Positions 61,362 to 64,000 of a DNA stretch of 64,000 bases are shown one piece after another. Position 1 is the first letter of the stretch, and the number at the start of each line of letters is the position of its first letter. The DNA lies in the NCBI GenBank assembly GCA_965214835.1, contig CBDCCK010000002.1, positions 1,728,001-1,792,000 on the forward strand, written 5' to 3'. Made by a program: the position numbers and the translations under genes. Source of the stretch: Nitrosopumilaceae archaeon. Lineage in GTDB: Archaea; Thermoproteota; Nitrososphaeria; Nitrososphaerales; Nitrosopumilaceae. The notes below the pieces were generated by a model. It saw only the letters and a list, made by a program, of their open reading frames with translations. It did no database searches and was not told the origin of the DNA.

Positions 61362-61717
61362 TGTAAGAACTGCCTGCGGCAGGTTAAAAAACACTGTGTG
61401 ATCCAGCCGGACTTGACCTGCCCTTCCTTTGAAGGCATAAAACCCGCAATCTGGCCTGACCGCGGGGCCGCATGCGCGATGCCATTGTACGCATGGCACA
61501 CCGGCCCGGCGCGCGTCCTGCTACAACTAGGGCAGCTGCACAAATGATAACAAATAACTAGTCCCGACTGTGAGTGACCTTCATGCCGATGAGAAAAAAG
61601 GGCAAGCATGAACGCTGGGCGGATCAGCGCGAAAAAAGACGAAAGAGCAAGAAATCAAAGTCAGGCAAAGCCCGCTCCCGATGAGGGCTGGCTTTTTACC
61701 AAACCAGAGTAGATTCC

Positions 61718-62425
61718 ATGGATCCCCTGATTAAGGTTAGAGAGGCATATGAAAAAGGAGCGGTTCCTGAGAAGGCCTATTCGTTGATCCGGGAACGGTT
61801 TCCGATTGCCGTCTCTGGGATAAACAGAATCGAAAAGGCGTCTGGCATACGGTTTCCGGTGGCCTATGTCAACCCGTCGGTAACCGTCACCGCGCCTGAC
61901 CCCCACTCATACCAATACGGCATACTCTTTGCACGAACCATTCCGCTGATTCATGAGGGTGGCCTTCAGGTCGTAATCCAGATTTCCGCACCCCTAGTCG
62001 CATATGGACTGAAGGGGACGGTTCATGCAATCTTGGCACACGAGTTCCTGCACTACCTCGAGCTGGTAAGAAAGGTCTCCAAAATGGAGGTGCTCTCCGA
62101 TGAGGTATCTGGAAGCCTGTTTGAAAACGTATATGCGGATGAAGCCCGGCTTTTTGAGCCAAGGGCAGTCTTTGCAGACAGGACCCTGCTGTCACACATA
62201 ACCAAAAAATTCCCGTCCGGCTTTCGAGACTACAGGCTGGAGGACAAGACAGTCAAGCTCTGGATTGATAACGGATTGCCAAAAAACACCGTTTCCCTTG
62301 ATACAAACATTGCAAAGATCTCTGCTGACTCTTTGGCAAAAATACGGCTTGACTCCGCCCTTGTCGAAAAGATCGGCGAGCTGGAGGCAAAGAGTGCGAA
62401 AATCCGCAAAAGGAGGCTTTACTGA
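61718..62425 (+). CDS. Conserved thaumarchaeal protein with an HExxH motif (putative metallopeptidase)
   Basis: [11 protein letters not shown]. Confidence 0.7.
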   Translation: MDPLIKVREAYEKGAVPEKAYSLIRERFPIAVSGINRIEKASGIRFPVAYVNPSVTVTAPDPHSYQYGILFARTIPLIHEGGLQVVIQISAPLVAYGLKGTVHAILAHEFLHYLELVRKVSKMEVLSDEVSGSLFENVYADEARLFEPRAVFADRTLLSHITKKFPSGFRDYRLEDKTVKLWIDNGLPKNTVSLDTNIAKISADSLAKIRLDSALVEKIGELEAKSAKIRKRRLY

Positions 62426-62589
62426 TTAAACTCCGTCAGGCCGCATTTTCCACACGTGTGCCTGTCCTTGTGCTCTGACATGAATACTCCCTTTCCGCAC
62501 CTAGAACATACTTTTCTTATTCTGGTTGTCTTGTCTCCCTCGACCTTGTAGTAACCGTAAACCTTTGGACTGGAGCCTTTTTTTGCCAT
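62419..62589 (-). CDS. rps27ae: 30S ribosomal protein S27ae
   Basis: Read by hand (below the ORF cutoff): [18 protein letters not shown]...[29 protein letters not shown]. Confidence 0.95.
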   Translation of the reverse strand: MAKKGSSPKVYGYYKVEGDKTTRIRKVCSRCGKGVFMSEHKDRHTCGKCGLTEFNQ

Positions 62590-63590
62590 TATTTGTCATT
62601 CTCCTCTGCTGCGGCAGCTTGTTCCCCTGCGGGTGACTCTGCGGCCACTTGCGTCTCCTCCTGTTTTTCTTCTGCGGGTGACTCTGCGGCCACTTGCGTC
62701 TCCTCCTGTTTTTCTTCTGCGGGTGACTCTGCGGCCACTTGCGTCTCCTCCTGTTTTTCTTCTGCGGGTGACTCTGCGGCCACTTGCGTCTCCTCCTGTT
62801 TTTCTTCTGCGGGTGACTCTGCGGCCACTTGCGTCTCCTCCTGTTTTTCTTCTGCGGGTGACTCTGCGGCCACTTGCGTCTCCTCCTGTTTTTCTTCTGC
62901 GGGTGACTCTGCGGCCACTTGCGTCTCCTCCTGTTTTTCTTCTGCGGGTGACTCTGCGGCCACTTGCGTCTCCTCCTGTTTTTCTTCTGCGGGTGACTCT
63001 GCGGCCACTTGCGTCTCCTCCTGTTTTTCTTCTGCGGGTGACTCTGCGGCCACTTGCGTCTCCTCCTGTTTTTCTTCTGCGGGTGACTCTGCGGCCACTT
63101 GCGTCTCCTCCTGTTTTTCTTCTGCGGGTGACTCTGCGGCCACTTGCGTCTCCTCCTGTTTTTCTTCTGCGGGTGACTCTGCGGCCACTTGCGTCTCCTC
63201 CTGTTTTTCTTCTGCGGGTGACTCTGCGGCCACTTGCGTCTCCTCCTGTTTTTCTTCTGCGGGTGACTCTGCGGCCACTTCGGCAGCCTGTGCCTCCTCC
63301 ACCTTTTTCTTTGCCCTGTCTAGCCTTGCAAAGATCGTTGGATTGACCTGCTTTTTTGCCAGCTGCTCGTCCTCATACACGTAGAATGTTCCGGTCATCA
63401 GCGGTTTTCCTACGTGTGACATCATGTTGATCGGAATGACAACCTTGCCGTCCAGCTTGAATTCCTTTGTAATCATGTCTACTGCGTCTAGCTTCTTGAG
63501 CTTGCCCCCGAGGCCTGCAAAATTACAGACAAGCTCCCTCCTCGACAGGAACGTGTTGTTCACGTCACTTACGGCCTCGATCACGGACAT
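62589..63590 (-). CDS. rps24e: 30S ribosomal protein S24e with a long acidic repeat extension
   Basis: N-FL-RRE...G---VYEDE core; position directly upstream of rps27ae; ~230-aa acidic tail. Confidence 0.88.
   Translation of the reverse strand: MSVIEAVSDVNNTFLSRRELVCNFAGLGGKLKKLDAVDMITKEFKLDGKVVIPINMMSHVGKPLMTGTFYVYEDEQLAKKQVNPTIFARLDRAKKKVEEAQAAEVAAESPAEEKQEETQVAAESPAEEKQEETQVAAESPAEEKQEETQVAAESPAEEKQEETQVAAESPAEEKQEETQVAAESPAEEKQEETQVAAESPAEEKQEETQVAAESPAEEKQEETQVAAESPAEEKQEETQVAAESPAEEKQEETQVAAESPAEEKQEETQVAAESPAEEKQEETQVAAESPAEEKQEETQVAAESPAEEKQEETQVAAESPAGEQAAAAEENDK
62626..63280 (-). repeat. 45-bp perfect tandem repeat, 14 full copies plus a partial one ([15 protein letters not shown])
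   Basis: Unit CTGCGGGTGACTCTGCGGCCACTTGCGTCTCCTCCTGTTTTTCTT repeated without visible mismatch. Confidence 0.97.
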
Positions 63591-63673
63591 GTATCCAAAA
63601 TCCTCCCCACAGTGCATATAAATCTTGATTGAACCAGAACAAGAAATTTAAGAAATCACATCTGATTTTTTTT

Positions 63674-64000
63674 ATGGAACGGTACATGCTTCACCTTGAA
63701 AACCGGCAGTACGTACCGAGAAACTCCAGGGATATAGTTCACAGGGCAAGGAACCTGTGCCGGGGCATTGCAGCCTCCATCCGTGTCTGCAGGGTGGCAA
63801 GCAGGTTTGTAGAGCTGGACGTCTCAGTGGAAAAAGAGGACTTTGATGCCGTTGTAAGGCGATTGGAGCCGATTGGAAGGCTGGACAACGCCAGGCATGT
63901 CGTCGAGGAGAGCATATCAAAGGACGACGGAATAAGGGATGGAATCTATTACTATAACCACGAGCGATTCTGGGAGGCTCATGAGGCCTGGGAGGGCGTC
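63674..64000 (+). CDS. DUF309-domain protein, runs off the window
   Basis: Read by hand: MERYMLHLEN...GIYYYNHERFWEAHEAWEGV. Confidence 0.85.
   Translation, partial: MERYMLHLENRQYVPRNSRDIVHRARNLCRGIAASIRVCRVASRFVELDVSVEKEDFDAVVRRLEPIGRLDNARHVVEESISKDDGIRDGIYYYNHERFWEAHEAWEGV

Noticed and set aside
62626-63280. 45-bp array as a CRISPR
   Set aside because: Units are head-to-tail with no unique spacers and lie in frame inside rps24e.

Overview
Archaeal chromosomal segment, almost certainly an ammonia-oxidising Nitrosopumilaceae (Thaumarchaeota/Nitrososphaeria) lineage, judged from the housekeeping backbone: hemB-hemA-sirC, ahbAB, a ChdC/chlorite-dismutase-family gene, sufC, tfb-gar1-srp19, rpS8e, scpAB, aIF-1A, aIF-5A, dph6-srp54-pus10, rpS24e-rpS27ae and an intron-containing tRNA-Tyr. 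The backbone is heavily invaded: summing the mapped element lengths, roughly a quarter of the window is IS DNA (IS66 x2 plus a fragment, IS630 x6 plus a remnant, ISH3 x2, IS1595, IS481, an IS5-type relic). At least six families of 80-120 bp MITEs are also present, often stacked in intergenic gaps; this resembles a host-associated or bottlenecked genome (inference). Removing the IS elements and one TSD copy in silico rebuilds several genes that the ORF track misses: a RelE-like toxin paired with a 37-aa partner, a doubly interrupted membrane protein, and a translationally coupled small-gene operon in a probable provirus relic that also carries a head-tail-adaptor-like gene. The best candidates for follow-up are: a coupled HNH/degenerate-HIT + SNF2 + SWIM operon; rpS24e with 14 perfect acidic 15-aa repeats; scpB starting at a CTG in frame directly behind the scpA TAG; the MITE network; and a possible SAM-lyase-like gene pair. 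No CRISPR-Cas locus and no rRNA were seen. All family calls come from motif recognition by eye, not from database searches.
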